Below are positions 25,571 to 38,800 of a stretch of 64,000 nt of DNA, piece after piece; positions within the stretch are counted from its first letter, which is position 1, and each line of letters starts with the position of its first letter. Source of the DNA: Schmidtea polychroa. Its lineage: Eukaryota. Under the pieces are notes generated by a model, which saw only the letters and a program-made list of their open reading frames with translations, made no database searches and was not told the DNA's origin. The stretch is from NCBI GenBank assembly GCA_044892525.1, contig CM097885.1:32366001-32430000 (forward strand), read 5' to 3'. The position numbers and the translations under genes are program-made.

Positions 25571-27617
25571 TGTCCTATTTAATAAAACAACACAACGAAT
25601 TCCTTAATAATAATATTTACATCATCAAAAAATATTTTCGTACATGTTTAAATTCAATTCAATTCTATTTAATTTAATTTAATTTAATATATTATTTCCT
25701 TATTTACTAACATCCTTACAATGATAATTTAACAATTCAAATGACATAATTTTGACATTTTCACCAAATATTAATAGTGACATTTAAAGGTAAATGTTAA
25801 TATAGATTTAATAACAAATAATAAAGAAATAATTTCAATTTAATGGTAAAATGTTTGATAATTTATTTGAAATCTAGTAAAAAAATTTAGATTATTTTAT
25901 TTGATTAAATAAGATCTTTATTCCCCATTACATAATCATTTTATTTTTATTTATTTTTCGTTTTTATAAACTATTCAATTGGAATATTTTAAATTAATTA
26001 TTTATAGTTTAAGCATTATTTATTACCCCATTTATGTATTTCTCCTTCCATAAATTTAATGAAATTCAAAAGATTTATTATTTTGTTTAATTTTATATTT
26101 TCAGTATTTTTTTATTAAAAGATTTCATTAAAATGAACTCTTTCATCAGCATAAAATCATTCATTAAAATCACGTTTTCGAAAATAATGTGGAATAAACA
26201 AAAAATGACATTTGAAAATCTTTTAGTTTATTAACAAAAAAATTTACTTTAAAATTAATATTGCTATTTTGTAAAAATTTCCAAACCAGATTAAATATTA
26301 TTTACTTTTGTTGTTTAAATTTATTAAATTAAATATTATAAAACGTCGTTTCCTGGTAGGAATATCAATTAAATATAAAATCAAATCAAAAATTATTGCT
26401 TCGGAGATCCAAGGTTTAAACAAAAATATTTTTTTGCATTTTTAGCACTTTCAAAGATTTTTAAGTTTCAATTTTAAACAAATTTCTATATTATTTAAAG
26501 TATATTTTTATATATTGTTTCTTTAAAAATGCTAAAAAAAAGGAGTAATATTTTTCAAACAATATTATTATTGGGCGCTCACACAATGCGAATTTTGATT
26601 AAAAAAAATTTTTTTTTACCAAATACAGCTTTAATGTTACAATTCTCTTTTAAAAAATATTGTTTATTTGCTACTATTTTTAATAGAAATTTATTGAAAA
26701 TGTTTTAATGGTGAAACCTGAGTGTCATTATTCTCTAATGGAAATTGTAAATTATATTAAATAAAGTAAATAACGTTAAAAAAAGGTTATTGTATAAATT
26801 ATGCATACAAATGGCAAATGAAAATACAAATGAAATCGACAAAATTATGTCAAAAATAAATAAATTAAAACAAAATATTTTTTCCGATTATGTTCTCATT
26901 GAGTTGAGTGCAAAAGGCTCTATGTAATTCTCCTATATAAGTTGAGACAAATATTAAAACATGTTAATTACACTAAAAAATAATAATTACTCAATAATGA
27001 GACGAACTCAAAATAAAATAATCATGGATGTATTGCTTCAACCTGGTTCGATAAAAACTTGTACAAAGTTAATATAATATACCTGAAATTCAAAAATGGT
27101 GTTATCTTTTTTAAACAATTTCAGGTTCGATTTTTCTTATTGTGTTAAGTATTTTTTATGATTTTTATTTATCGGAATAAGTAGATGTGTCCCTGTCAAA
27201 TATAGGTCAAGACTCCCTAGAAAAGACAACGTAAAAAAACGTAATTTAATGTCGTCGGTAACTATAGCAACGGTTTGACTACCACAATAACTGTGAAAAG
27301 TAGGTCAATTTAAGATCATTTTCAAGTCAGAATTAAGTAAGTCATATATAAATTATGTATATAACATCTTAAAAATAAGTAAGTCAATTTAAAGACACTT
27401 AAAGGTAATTCTGAGGTCAATGTCAGGTCATATGTTAAATTTGAAATTTAAATAATTTAGGTCAAGTATAAAACTAATTAAGTCAAATATAGGTTACACA
27501 CAAATTAATTATTGCAGCCTAATTTTATAATTAACCCACTTAACCTATTTAGTATGAAACCGATTTAACCTCCAGTGAAATTTTATAATTTTAATCTGTT
27601 TCTTTTAATATTTCATA

Positions 27618-27654
<37 letters not shown>

Positions 27655-28129
27655 TAAAACAATAAAATGATAATTTAAGCCTTCTGCTGCAAATAATGTA
27701 TTTAATGAAAGAATTTTCGACTATACGATAGTCCTTGTCAATCTCCTGGAATTTAGCAATGTTCTTCTTCAAAATACCCTTCAATCTTTCTTTTATTTCC
27801 TTTCTCTTAATTCTCATTGGTTGTAAATATAATGAATTGTTTTACTAAATTTTTTTATAATTTTTACATTTAAAATTTCAAAATGACACAAACTAAAATT
27901 TTTAAATTTTTTACAGCTTCTATAATTAGCTTCTAGAAGCCTAATAAAATATTTGAAAATATTTTAAATAAAGCCTCCAATAACTACTTATATATGCTAT
28001 TTAAATATTTCAATAAATGTGTCAATTTTGATTTTCAAACCCTATTTTTTAAAATTTTTTTCTATATTATTCTAATTATTACTTTTTAATTTATTCTTAT
28101 TTTTTTAATTTCTTTGTATATTGTCAGTT

Positions 28130-28280
28130 ATTCTCAAAGTCAATGACAACAGATCAAATTCATGATTTCATTGATTTCTTCTTTAGTGTTGATCTTTGGC
28201 TGTCTGTTTATTATGAGAATTGCTTCTTTGATTCTGACATTTTTCTTTTGGATGTTTCCATTAGCTATGATTTCTATTGA
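28130..28280 (-). pseudogene. Penelope-like element, GIY-YIG C-terminal remnant
   Basis: Minus-strand NVRIKEAILIINRQPKINTKEE resembles the RxxKEAxxIxxxxPxxN end of PLE endonucleases; abuts an (ATT)n tract. Confidence 0.45.
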
Positions 28281-28285
28281 AATAT

Positions 28286-28332
<47 letters not shown>

Positions 28333-29133
28333 CATCATCATTACGTGTTATTTTATTACTTTTGATAAATGCAGTGTTAAAAAATTGTGTTATGTAGGAA
28401 AATAAATTTTAATCTTTTTTAAGAATAAAATTTAATGAAATCGAAAAGTAGTTCGAAAAAAAATACGGCATATTAAAAATGAATTTAAAATAAATAAGAT
28501 TTTTTATTTAATTTGTTCATTCAATTTATCAAAATCAAAAATTATATATAAAATATTACAAAAATTATATTAAAATTTATTTAATTTCTAATCAGACAAT
28601 TTTTCCAAAAAAAATGTATATTCTTTTATAAGTGATAAACAAATGCACTTATTGTTTAAAATAATGATAGAAAAAAAATTGTCTAACAAAATAGAATAAT
28701 CTGTGAAATGAAATTTGATAGGAATGCAGGAAACATTCATAATAAATAATTTCCATTTTCTGTTTACAATATCTGTTATATAAACATTTCTATAACTGTT
28801 TCCCAAGATTTCATCAGCCGGATTTAAGAATGTCCCTTGTTTAGGAACTTTTCATCGTTTGTAATTTTTGACAAATTATTTATCATGTAAATAATAATAA
28901 TAATAATAGTGACAGTTATATACTTTAATTTTAAAAATATTTTCAATATTTTTATATTTCTAATATTAAAATATCAGTTAAAAAGAATTTGTTTAAAACA
29001 TTCTCTTTGTTAAAAAATTTAGATTAAGAAAGAACTTTTTCAAATTTTGTTTTTAATAAATATTTTGAATTTTAATGGAGGCTTCTTAAACAGTAGATTT
29101 AGAGCCAATTTGACTCATTTAAAATTCTATTGT

Positions 29134-29169
<36 letters not shown>

Positions 29170-30644
29170 AGATTTATTATTTTTTAAAATTATTTTTTGA
29201 ATACATATGTTGGTTTTTAGATACGTCATGAAATATAGGTAAATATTAATTACTCTCCTCAACCGACTCCGTCATTTCGCATATCGAATTAGGTATTCCT
29301 ATTTTTACGCCTTTGAGTCAAATTGACTAATAAAATAATTTAACAATTAATCGCTTTAAGCAAATGAAACTTATGGCTTACGTAAGGGAAGTGCTTACCA
29401 GAATTCTAAAGAAGCGCATGTTTGAAGATTTATGATCAATGTCGTTAATTTTTAGTTAGCTAGTGTAAAAAAGTGCCCTACTAATCCAGCTATTTCATCA
29501 TTCCGTTTGATAAATCGTGTGAACAGATCTTTTATATAGTTTTATAAAATCAGTTTTTGACAACAGAAATTAGATCCACCAAGGTAATTAAAATATTTAC
29601 TTGAATAAGATATTTCAATTGATATCAATTTGTATCTAATTACTTATGACAATATGGAAAAAATTCAGAAAAATTGTCTTTTGCTAAAAACACTTAACAA
29701 AAAAAGGGAAGACCTATCAGATAATGAATCAGATGTACCTGATATGGAATTATGAGATAACGAAAGTGTAATAGAGGAGGATATCAATAGCACTGAAATT
29801 TCGAGTAGTGAAGAAGGGGATATCCTGGCAAAAAAAGAGTGAAAATTATTTCTGATTTTGAAACCAAAAGTGAAGATGAAGATTTTCGCTTTAAAATTCT
29901 CAGCAAAACAATTTCTCGGATTATTTCTGATTTCGAAACTAAAAATTAATTAGATGATATTGATATAACTCCCAATGAAGAAATTTCTACAGTAAAAGCT
30001 GCTGACGAGACTTTATGGAAAACATTGAATTTATCCCGACCGAAGAAAGAAAACTTATCATCAGAACAATGTTTTTATAGTGATGAAATGGGACATAGAA
30101 CTTTAAAGGCTTCTTAAGTGAAGTTTTAATTAAAACAAAAGGGAAAATGCATAAAAATAAAATAAAAATCACTTTATTTAAACAAAAAATAAAGAATTAA
30201 CATTTGGAAAAAAAGATTTTAAAATTTTTAGGAAGGGGTAGGAGTAACGACAAGTGATGAGTATAAACCAAGCCAAATATCAGTGATATACTATTACGTA
30301 ATATTTAAATATTATTTATGTAAAACGAATTACTGTAATACGGAAAATGATTATACACAAATGTAAAATCAATCAAAGCTGTTTCCCAATTACCACTCAA
30401 ATAAATTTATTTTTGAAATTGTATTTTAAAATTACTAGCATTATTAACAGGATAAATAAGAGGACAGTTATTATTATGTAAAATCATATAAAACTGGTTT
30501 TTTTTCATAATATATATTTCATCAATTTGTTTTCAGATATCTAGCTAGAAGTTTCATAACCATGCCATTTAACATAGTATTGTTTATATTTTTTGGTTGA
30601 CTTAGTTTTTAAAATATTTTGAATTCTGAAGATTGTGAGCGATG

Positions 30645-30860
30645 CAATGACTTGTAGTTCTGCTCGTATAATTTTCCATTGACTTGATCGTTTCCTTTGA
30701 TCTGTAATAAAGAACATGGCCGGAGTTTGATTAGTATGAATTTTCGATATTAATGAAAAACGTTATCACCCAATTGTTATCAAAATTCTTGATGAATGGA
30801 GTGGCACTGGTTTTACTCATTCTAACATGGTCTCCTACTTTATATCTCGGCTTTTTTGTT
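30645..30860 (-). pseudogene. Maverick/Polinton retroviral-like integrase, C-terminal fragment
   Basis: Minus-strand PRYKVGDHVRMSKTSATPFIKNFDNNW...TPAMFFITD...VNGKLYEQ(E)LQ matches the KxGDxVRIS...NWS..GxFYExELQ tail of Maverick integrases; frameshifted. Confidence 0.65.
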
Positions 30861-31008
30861 TTTAATTTATCTTGTTGTGATATCTAAGTATCAATATTAT
30901 TTGTTGAATAAATATCAGTTGGTCGTGAAAAATTGTAACTGTAAATTATCGGGATTTGCACTGGGTATCACAAAGGTTGCAATGTTTATATGATTAATAT
31001 TATTTTAA

Positions 31009-31087
<79 letters not shown>

Positions 31088-32059
31088 CAACAGTAAAATT
31101 TCATTTCATAAAGTAATGTAATCAAACTATCACTTAAATTGAATTTAGGTCCTAAAAATTATAAAATTTATGTAAAAGATGATCAAGAAATTCCTATGAC
31201 TTGTATCGGATGCCCGATGTCCAGAGCTGAGTTTGTAAATGCAAGATTTAGTTAAACTAAAGATGGCAACCGAAAGATGGTTACGAAACATATTGTTGTT
31301 AATACAAAGGAATTCTAAATGTGCAAAATGCTCAGAAATCTTATAAATTCTTCATAATTGACATTTTCAAATTGATGAAGCTATATTAGGTTTTGCCTTG
31401 ATAATACAAATATTGATAGTGAAAGATTTGAGATTTGAATTGTGCGATTTGCAATTATATCTTTTTTATTTAAACTGAAATTTCATTTTAAAAAATTCCA
31501 TTGTCATTGACAGATATTTCTCCTTCAATTGTCTTGAGATTGTCATCTATGGGCATTGAAACTGAAATGGGTAATTATTAAAACAAAATTAACAATTACT
31601 GCACATTCCCAACTCTTTTAATAAAATCTTCTTTTGTATCATGGTTTTTCTTCCATATGGAATATGGAACTTCTTGGTAGACCTGAATAATAGAACTTCT
31701 AATGTAAAGTGATCCAAATGTGATCCAAACTTCTGAAAGATTTAATTAAACAAAGTGTCACAAGCTCACCATGCATTGGAAAAGACGGAATATTATGCGT
31801 TATTAAATCGACTAAGCACTTGCTAAAAGTTTCATAATTTCACAGTTGATGTTTCAAAAGTACAAAAATAAGGAAGACAAAAACTTTTTTTTCAGATCGT
31901 ATTTGTACAATTTATATAATTTATAATTTATCATTTCGTTATTCTTTTTTTGTTTTATCTTATAACTTTAATTGAAATTATTTTATGGTTAAAGCTAATT
32001 TATTGTCATTTTATTAAACCAGTTTTTTAATATATTCTTTTTAAGCCAAATAATAATAA

Positions 32060-34657
32060 GGCTCTTATTTATTCGCTATGTATTTTTTTACTAAACGCTA
32101 TGTATTTTATTAGTGCCTTTATGTATTTTTTTCTAAGTAAATATTTATAAAATGCTAAGTATTATATTAATTATATAAGTAAAAAAATAGAATTCATTAG
32201 GTATTTAATTATTTTATTATAGGTAATATGTTTAATTTTTATAAGTAAAAAAATACAAAAACTAAGTAAAACAATGAAAAATTCATAAGAATAAACAAAA
32301 AGTGACACAATAAAAAAATCCATAAAAATAAAAAGACTATATTTCACAAAGACTATTATAAAAATATTTGAAATTATTGTTTTAATAAGGCTTTTTAGCT
32401 TTAGTTGGTCTTCCTCTTGGTAGTTTACTTCCAATAGAAGTATTCTTAGCTACTGCCGGTACTTTGCAATATTTAAGTCTGATTGAAATGCCGACAACAT
32501 GCTTGCAAATAAATTTTTTAAAAAATGCTGGACTATTGCACTGACCGTCGGCCCAATTGGCTTTATCGTTTGGTAAATTAATGCGCCAGACAGTAAAATC
32601 TCGCTTCGTAAATTGATCGAATGTTGTCCAGCGCATTTTTTCAACTTTGTCAATGTCTTCTTGAGTTATAGTTGCGTCACTAGCTGAAACATAGTAGTTT
32701 GTTGACTCTTCTTGGGGCACCGGAAGAATTGCTTTGCTTTTTTTAGCCCATTGATAAGACTGTGTCCATAATGCTGTGTCGATTGATTGTTTTGTAATAA
32801 ACTCCTTCAGACTTCGAGGATATGCTAGTGACCACTTTTTAACAATATCTAAAGCTTGTTTGCTAAATCGAGATAATGGCGTGCGCTCTCTAATAGTTTC
32901 TTCGTCTTTAAGAACTCGATTATTTGACTCTAGATTATTGTTAGTACTTGGCGTGAAGGGCATGTATTCTTCATACCAAGTATTGTGTGTCGTAAGCCAC
33001 ATCATATTCATATAGTCTAAAATCTCAGTCGCTTTTTTTTGTCTCCATTTTTTAACAAATAGAGAACTTGTTTTTTCAAAAATGACTTGGCTTTGTGACA
33101 ATTGAAGTTGATCTGCATCTTCAATTAATTCGTTTTGATCTTCTTTAGGCACTAAAGACTCGATTTTTTTGACACAATTTCTACGCATATGTGCCCAACA
33201 CATCACAATTTCATTTTTATTAAAAACTTGTGAATAAGCTATACGTATAGCGTTAGAAGCATCAGAAATCAATACACGAGGATTGAATAATGATGCATTT
33301 ATTTTTTTCAAGCCAATATTGATACTTGAAAAAATAAAGTTAAAATCAGTAGTTTTTTCATTGGTACATATACCTAGGCCAAAAGAATGAAAATGCCTAT
33401 CTAAATCGGTTGTACCAATGATTAAAATTGGATAGCCCTGCCAAACCAGTTTTTAAGTTGCATCAGCATTTAAAATTGTTGATGGTAAGGCTAGCTTAAG
33501 TGATCTTATTGTACTTATAAAAAATCTAAATTTAGAGCCGTGGTTTTCTTCATCTTCATCGCTTTCTTCATTACTCTCTTCACACTCATATTCATCGGCA
33601 TAAGTTATTTTATAATTGACTACAAAGGCTTCATCTTCTAACTCTGGTATAGAAGATGATGATTGAAGCCAATTTTCAAGCTCACTTAAACTTATTACTG
33701 GTAAACTTCATTTCTAATCTTGTTTAATTGATTTATTAATTGTATAGTAGTAGGAACAGGCTTTATACCTCGTTCATGAAAGATTTCTAACATTCTCTTA
33801 TGTTTTATTTTAAGCTTAAACAACTCTTTAATTAGTTCTTTAGCTTTGTTAGATATTGCAGATTTAGGCATGTTTTCTTCATGCTTATGCTCAGCTTCTG
33901 CCCTAAAAAGAATAACTTCATCTGATCTTGAGTCGTAGAGTAAATGTAATGCAGAATTTAAATTTAACTTGATTGCATCGATAGTAAACTTTTTTACCAT
34001 CTTCAGTTTTGTTGGAATAAGAGTAACTCCATATCTTCTCTTCTTTAATTGCATTTTTTGCTTCTTCAACATTTTTAAATACTTTTTCATGAGTCCAAAC
34101 TTTGGACACTTTTTTGGCTCGTGGTTTCTTTAAACTTGTAACTTCAACATCAGACTCAAGATCAGATTGATAATCTTCAACTTCTGCAAAATTATTAGAC
34201 ATTATAATTTCAGTATTTGTTTTAATTTTGTTTATAATAAATAAATATTTGGGCTTATAAATATTCAGAAACTTGGATAATAAATTAAATCAGATCACAT
34301 GAAAAAAAGACTTAAACAAAATGATTAGAGTTCTAAGACTTTACGTAGAAAAACATACCGCTTTATTGAAAATTTGTAATAATTGTCAAAAAAAAATAAG
34401 ATCTAAGAACATCTTACAAAAAATTAAGATTTATTGATGGATTTTATTAATTGACATATCGTTTTTTTTATTTTACTTATAACTTGTTTTCTTGACTTGG
34501 CATTTATTTATTTTACATAGTTTTTAATTAATAACTTAGCGAATGTATTAAATATCTAGAATTAATTAATTAACATAGAAGTGTTTTACTCTACTGATAC
34601 TGTGTATTTATCTACATAGAAAGTGTTTATAAAATACATAGCGAATAAATAGTTCTC
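32060..34657 (-). mobile_element. Mutator-like (MULE) DNA transposon inserted in a (TAA)n tract
   Basis: TIR core TATTTATTCGCTATGTATTTT at both ends with terminal G/C; TAATAATAA 9-bp flanks. Confidence 0.85.
32382..34202 (-). pseudogene. MULE transposase (MULE DDE, SWIM-like zinc finger, AT-hook), disrupted
   Basis: DAT*KLVWQGYPILIIGTTDLDRHFHSFG, ISDASNAI, CWAH, TNNNLESNN, CNSPAFFKKFICKH and RGRP motifs; frameshifts near 33960 and 33695 and a stop near 33455. Confidence 0.88.
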
Positions 34658-34737
<80 letters not shown>

Positions 34738-35444
34738 TTAATTAATTTAAACAAAATTCACGTATTTGTAATTTCCATTAAAAATAAAATTAGCTTTTAG
34801 TTTACAAAATAAAATTTATTAATAATAGATAATTTTATTTAAAATTTCTGTAATATAATACTTTTTTGAAAAGTACAAATCCATTATATATCATATATAT
34901 AAATTTAAATATTTTTAAATATTTTTTAATCCTAGTAATTAGTTGAATAAGGAAAAAAATTAAGAAAAAATATATTTTAATTGAATTCTTGAATCAATAT
35001 TTATAAATAAACAAAGAAGTTTTTTAAAAATAAATGTTATGTTAGTTGAAATATTAATTCAAGTATACATAATTTCTTATGCTCAATACTGAAACTTCAC
35101 AAGTTAGAGGTTCCACTCTATGGTTTTACCTTTGGAAAATATATATCTCAACATCACCAATTAACATTATCAGTAGCATGTTCCACGCATATCTGAAAAC
35201 TCAATAAAATACCAAACAATTAATTTCTATGGGATTTTTTCCAAATGCTTACAAGATTCCAAAAATATTGACATTATTTCTCATTGTTAGGAGAGGGTCT
35301 TTGTTCTAGATAGCTCACGTGGGGTACAGACGAACGAGACTAGATTTTCTAAAACGATCTTCATATTCGTTATTTTGAACTCGATCATGCTTATTTCTCG
35401 CTGCATTCGGTCTGACAGGGCAATGTTTGCAAATATGCGCCTTT

Positions 35445-35826
35445 AGTAGATGGATGGGGCAACGCTAAAACAGAGCACCGCTGGAACAAAGACATACCCC
35501 ACCTCTCGGGCGAAAAGTTTTTTTATAAAAAAATAATTTTTTGTAGAACAAAGACAATGGCTCGTTCAATGACTCATCAAAAAAACAGGGCACCGCTGGA
35601 ACAAAGACAATGACTCATAGTTAAATATTGATATTTCCAAAAATAATGTCTTTGTTCCAAGGTGCCCTACTTTTGGTCATGCATCAAGTTAGTCTTTCCA
35701 TCATCTGAATTTATTAGACGATAGCTCATTTTAAGGCCCAGTGCAAGTTCTATCTACTGATATATATTTACTATTTTTATCATTATTACTTGTAAAGATA
35801 TTAACACCCGCGCGGAAGATGGTATT
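35445..35826 (+). repeat. Maverick left TIR
   Basis: Reverse complement of 46670-46991 (e.g. CCCGCGCGGAAGATGGTAT / ATACCATCTTCCGCGCGGG). Confidence 0.9.
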
Positions 35827-35838
35827 TTCAATATTATT

Positions 35839-38800
35839 TGTAAGGAGTTAGTAAACCTCTATATAAAATTCTTATGGTTAAATGGTAGAAGTAAGATCAG
35901 TTGGTAGAAATAATTATTTCTGTTAAATTTTTATATTTAAATTCTATATTAAATTATATCATATTATATTAAATTATATTAAATTAAATCAATTAAATGT
36001 ATGACCATTAATTACATTAATATTAATAATTATCACGCCTCGGTGTTTAAATACGCTAGTAAACGGCACAATTTTAAAGTTGTTATAAAAATAAATGCTT
36101 GAAGAAGATTTGAATTTAATTGCGTCTAACATGGCGACCACGACCACGGATTTATTGATAAGCAGACTATTACCTGAGAAATTTTACAAAGGCGATGATC
36201 TAGAAAGTTTTATCAAGGATTGTCAAAGGTTTTTGGCGCGACAAAAACAACAATTAGGATGCAAGTAATATTAACTACAACATTACTTGACAGATCGCTA
36301 ATGGAAGATTATGAAGCAGCCGAAGGAAAAACTATGGAAGAAAAACTTCGATGTGCATTTTCGAAACCGACATCATTAATGGATGATCTAAAAGAAGCTT
36401 TGAGTTATGAACAAGGATCAGATTCAGCTGAAACTTTTATAGAGAAAATTAAAAAGATGACAAAGAAATTAATAGCGCACAAATGGGATTAAGTAGAAAT
36501 AGTAAAAATGCCTGCTTACAAATTGTGTAAGAGATCGAGAAGTTAAAAAAGAGATCAAGATGAAAGATTTGAAAACATCAGAAATAAAAGCGACAATAAA
36601 GAAATTAGAAAAGGTAAACAAAATTATGGGCCATATTAATGTTGTGAAGACTTCACCGGTTGTTCAAAACTACAGAAGTTACAGAGATGTTGCTCAAAGA
36701 GGAATGGTAAACGGAAATAATAATTTCAAGCAGCGAAACGTCAGTAACCGACAATTGGAATGCTGGACATGCAAGAAAACTGGTCATGTTAGTCGAGAAT
36801 GCCAAATGAAAAAGAAAATGACGTGTTTTGCATGTGGAGTTGTACGGCGAGAATGTTCAACGATTCAATGCCAGAGATGACTGCCATACAAATTTGGAAA
36901 AAAGGAAATTTCAAATTAATTCAAACATGAGAAACAATAATTATTATGCCCATCAAACCACAAGCTATCAACAAAAGATCAACAATCCAGGAAGAACAAT
37001 TGCAGCAATTGAAGCTAATGATGAGACGATGCCACTTGAGTATTCAGATGATGCAGAAGACAAATATGAGGATATTTAGCACCCAAAAGTACATGCTTCG
37101 ACACGGGAGTCAATGATCGGAGCAATATACTAGGTAATTTTGATATTGATATAAATATTGGTCATAATAATTTTAATAATGTAAATAATCCTTATATATA
37201 TATATATATAGTAATGTAGAACCTTTATGTAATAAAATTTGTAATTTTAAAAAGTTTCCTTTAAATAATTTTAAATGTTATAGTTATTTTAATGCTAATC
37301 GATCTTTAATAAATAATAATAATAATCCTAAGAATCAAGAAGAGTATAATGAAATTAAAGAAACAGAATATAATAATAAAATTAGAGAGAAGTGAAATTG
37401 GGTGGATTAATGAAATATCAGAGGAGTAAAATATTTTCACTAAAGATGAATGGAAACGACCGATACTGAGTTATGACAAAATGCAAGGTAGACCGAGTAC
37501 AACTCTTGAAATTCAGGGCTATAGAATAAAATGCTTACTAGATACAGGAGCAAGAGTAATTTTAATGGCAGAAGCAGTTGTGGACAAATTAGTGAATGTG
37601 AAAATCATAAAAACTGATGAGATGTTAAGATGTGCAAATGATAGTAAATTAGAGACAATCGGAAAAATAAATATTGATGTTAGAATTGGTAATATGGAAA
37701 GGAAAATAACATTTATAATAGTTAAAAATATTGTTCCAGATATAATAGGCGAGTGGAATTGCAGAAAGAGTTTGGAACTGAATTAAACTACATCAAGCAA
37801 AATGAATTAGGATATAATGAATTTGTGTGTGAAATAGAAGCTAGATTTGGGGAAAAGATTACAGATAACGAGAGATGTCAAAAAGCAATAGAAATTCTAA
37901 GATTAAACGAAAATAAAAGACTGTTAGAGATTGCTAAAAACAATAAGTGTTTTTATGGCTAATAACTGGGATATCGGATGTACTGATTTAATTGCACATA
38001 AAATCATCACAAAAGAAGGGTCAATTATGATAAAACCCAGAAGACAACCCATCAATTTAGAGGAGAAAATAAATGCTGCTATAAAAATTTAGAAAATAAT
38101 GATATCATAAGAAGATGTAATTCACCTTGGAATACGCCGTTAGTATGCGTGTGGAAAAAAGACAAAAAAGATATCAGACTTTGTTTAGATTTTAGACAGT
38201 TAATAAGATTACTGAAAGACAGGCTTTTCCTATGCCGAATGTAGAAGAAATTCTAGATACATTACATGGATCTAAGTACTTTAGTTCTATAGACCTTGGG
38301 AACGCTTATTATCAAGTGAAATTGGACATAGAATCGCAAGAAAAGACAGCATTTTCTACTAAAGAAGGGCAATTTTGTTTTAATAGAATGCCTTTTGGCA
38401 TTGCGGAGGCACCGGGTACATTCCAAGAATTAATGACAAAAATATTGAAAGATCTATGGAAAGAAGGAGTTATGGTGTATTTAGACGATATTTTAATTTT
38501 TACAAGAACAATTGAAGAACATTACAATGTGTTTGGAAAGTTCTAGAGAAAAAAGGGAAGCTAAATTGAGAATCAACCCAGAAAAATGTCAGTTATAAAG
38601 TGCAAAGTAAAGTTTTTAGGGCACATTATTAACAGTCAGGGGATTCGGACAGATCAAAGTAAAATTGAGGCTATTAAATCATTTCAGAGGCCTAAGTGTA
38701 TAAAGAATTTAAGAAGCTTTTTAGGTATATGTAACTATTATCGGAGATTTATTAAGGAATATGCAACAAAATCAAGAGCTCTAGAAAGCATATGTGGAAG

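Noticed and set aside
27180..27500. AGTAGATG start followed by AGGTCA-rich repeats, a possible fourth Maverick terminus
   Set aside because: Similarity fades after 8 bp; no partner TIR or TSD found
29650..30070. Acidic stretch resembling a piggyBac transposase N-terminus
   Set aside because: Multiple stops, no catalytic motifs or TIR pair
31148..31320. Possible Ig-like host exon (MTCIGCP...FS*TKDG)
   Set aside because: Stop at the expected Trp and no adjoining exons; too weak to call a host gene
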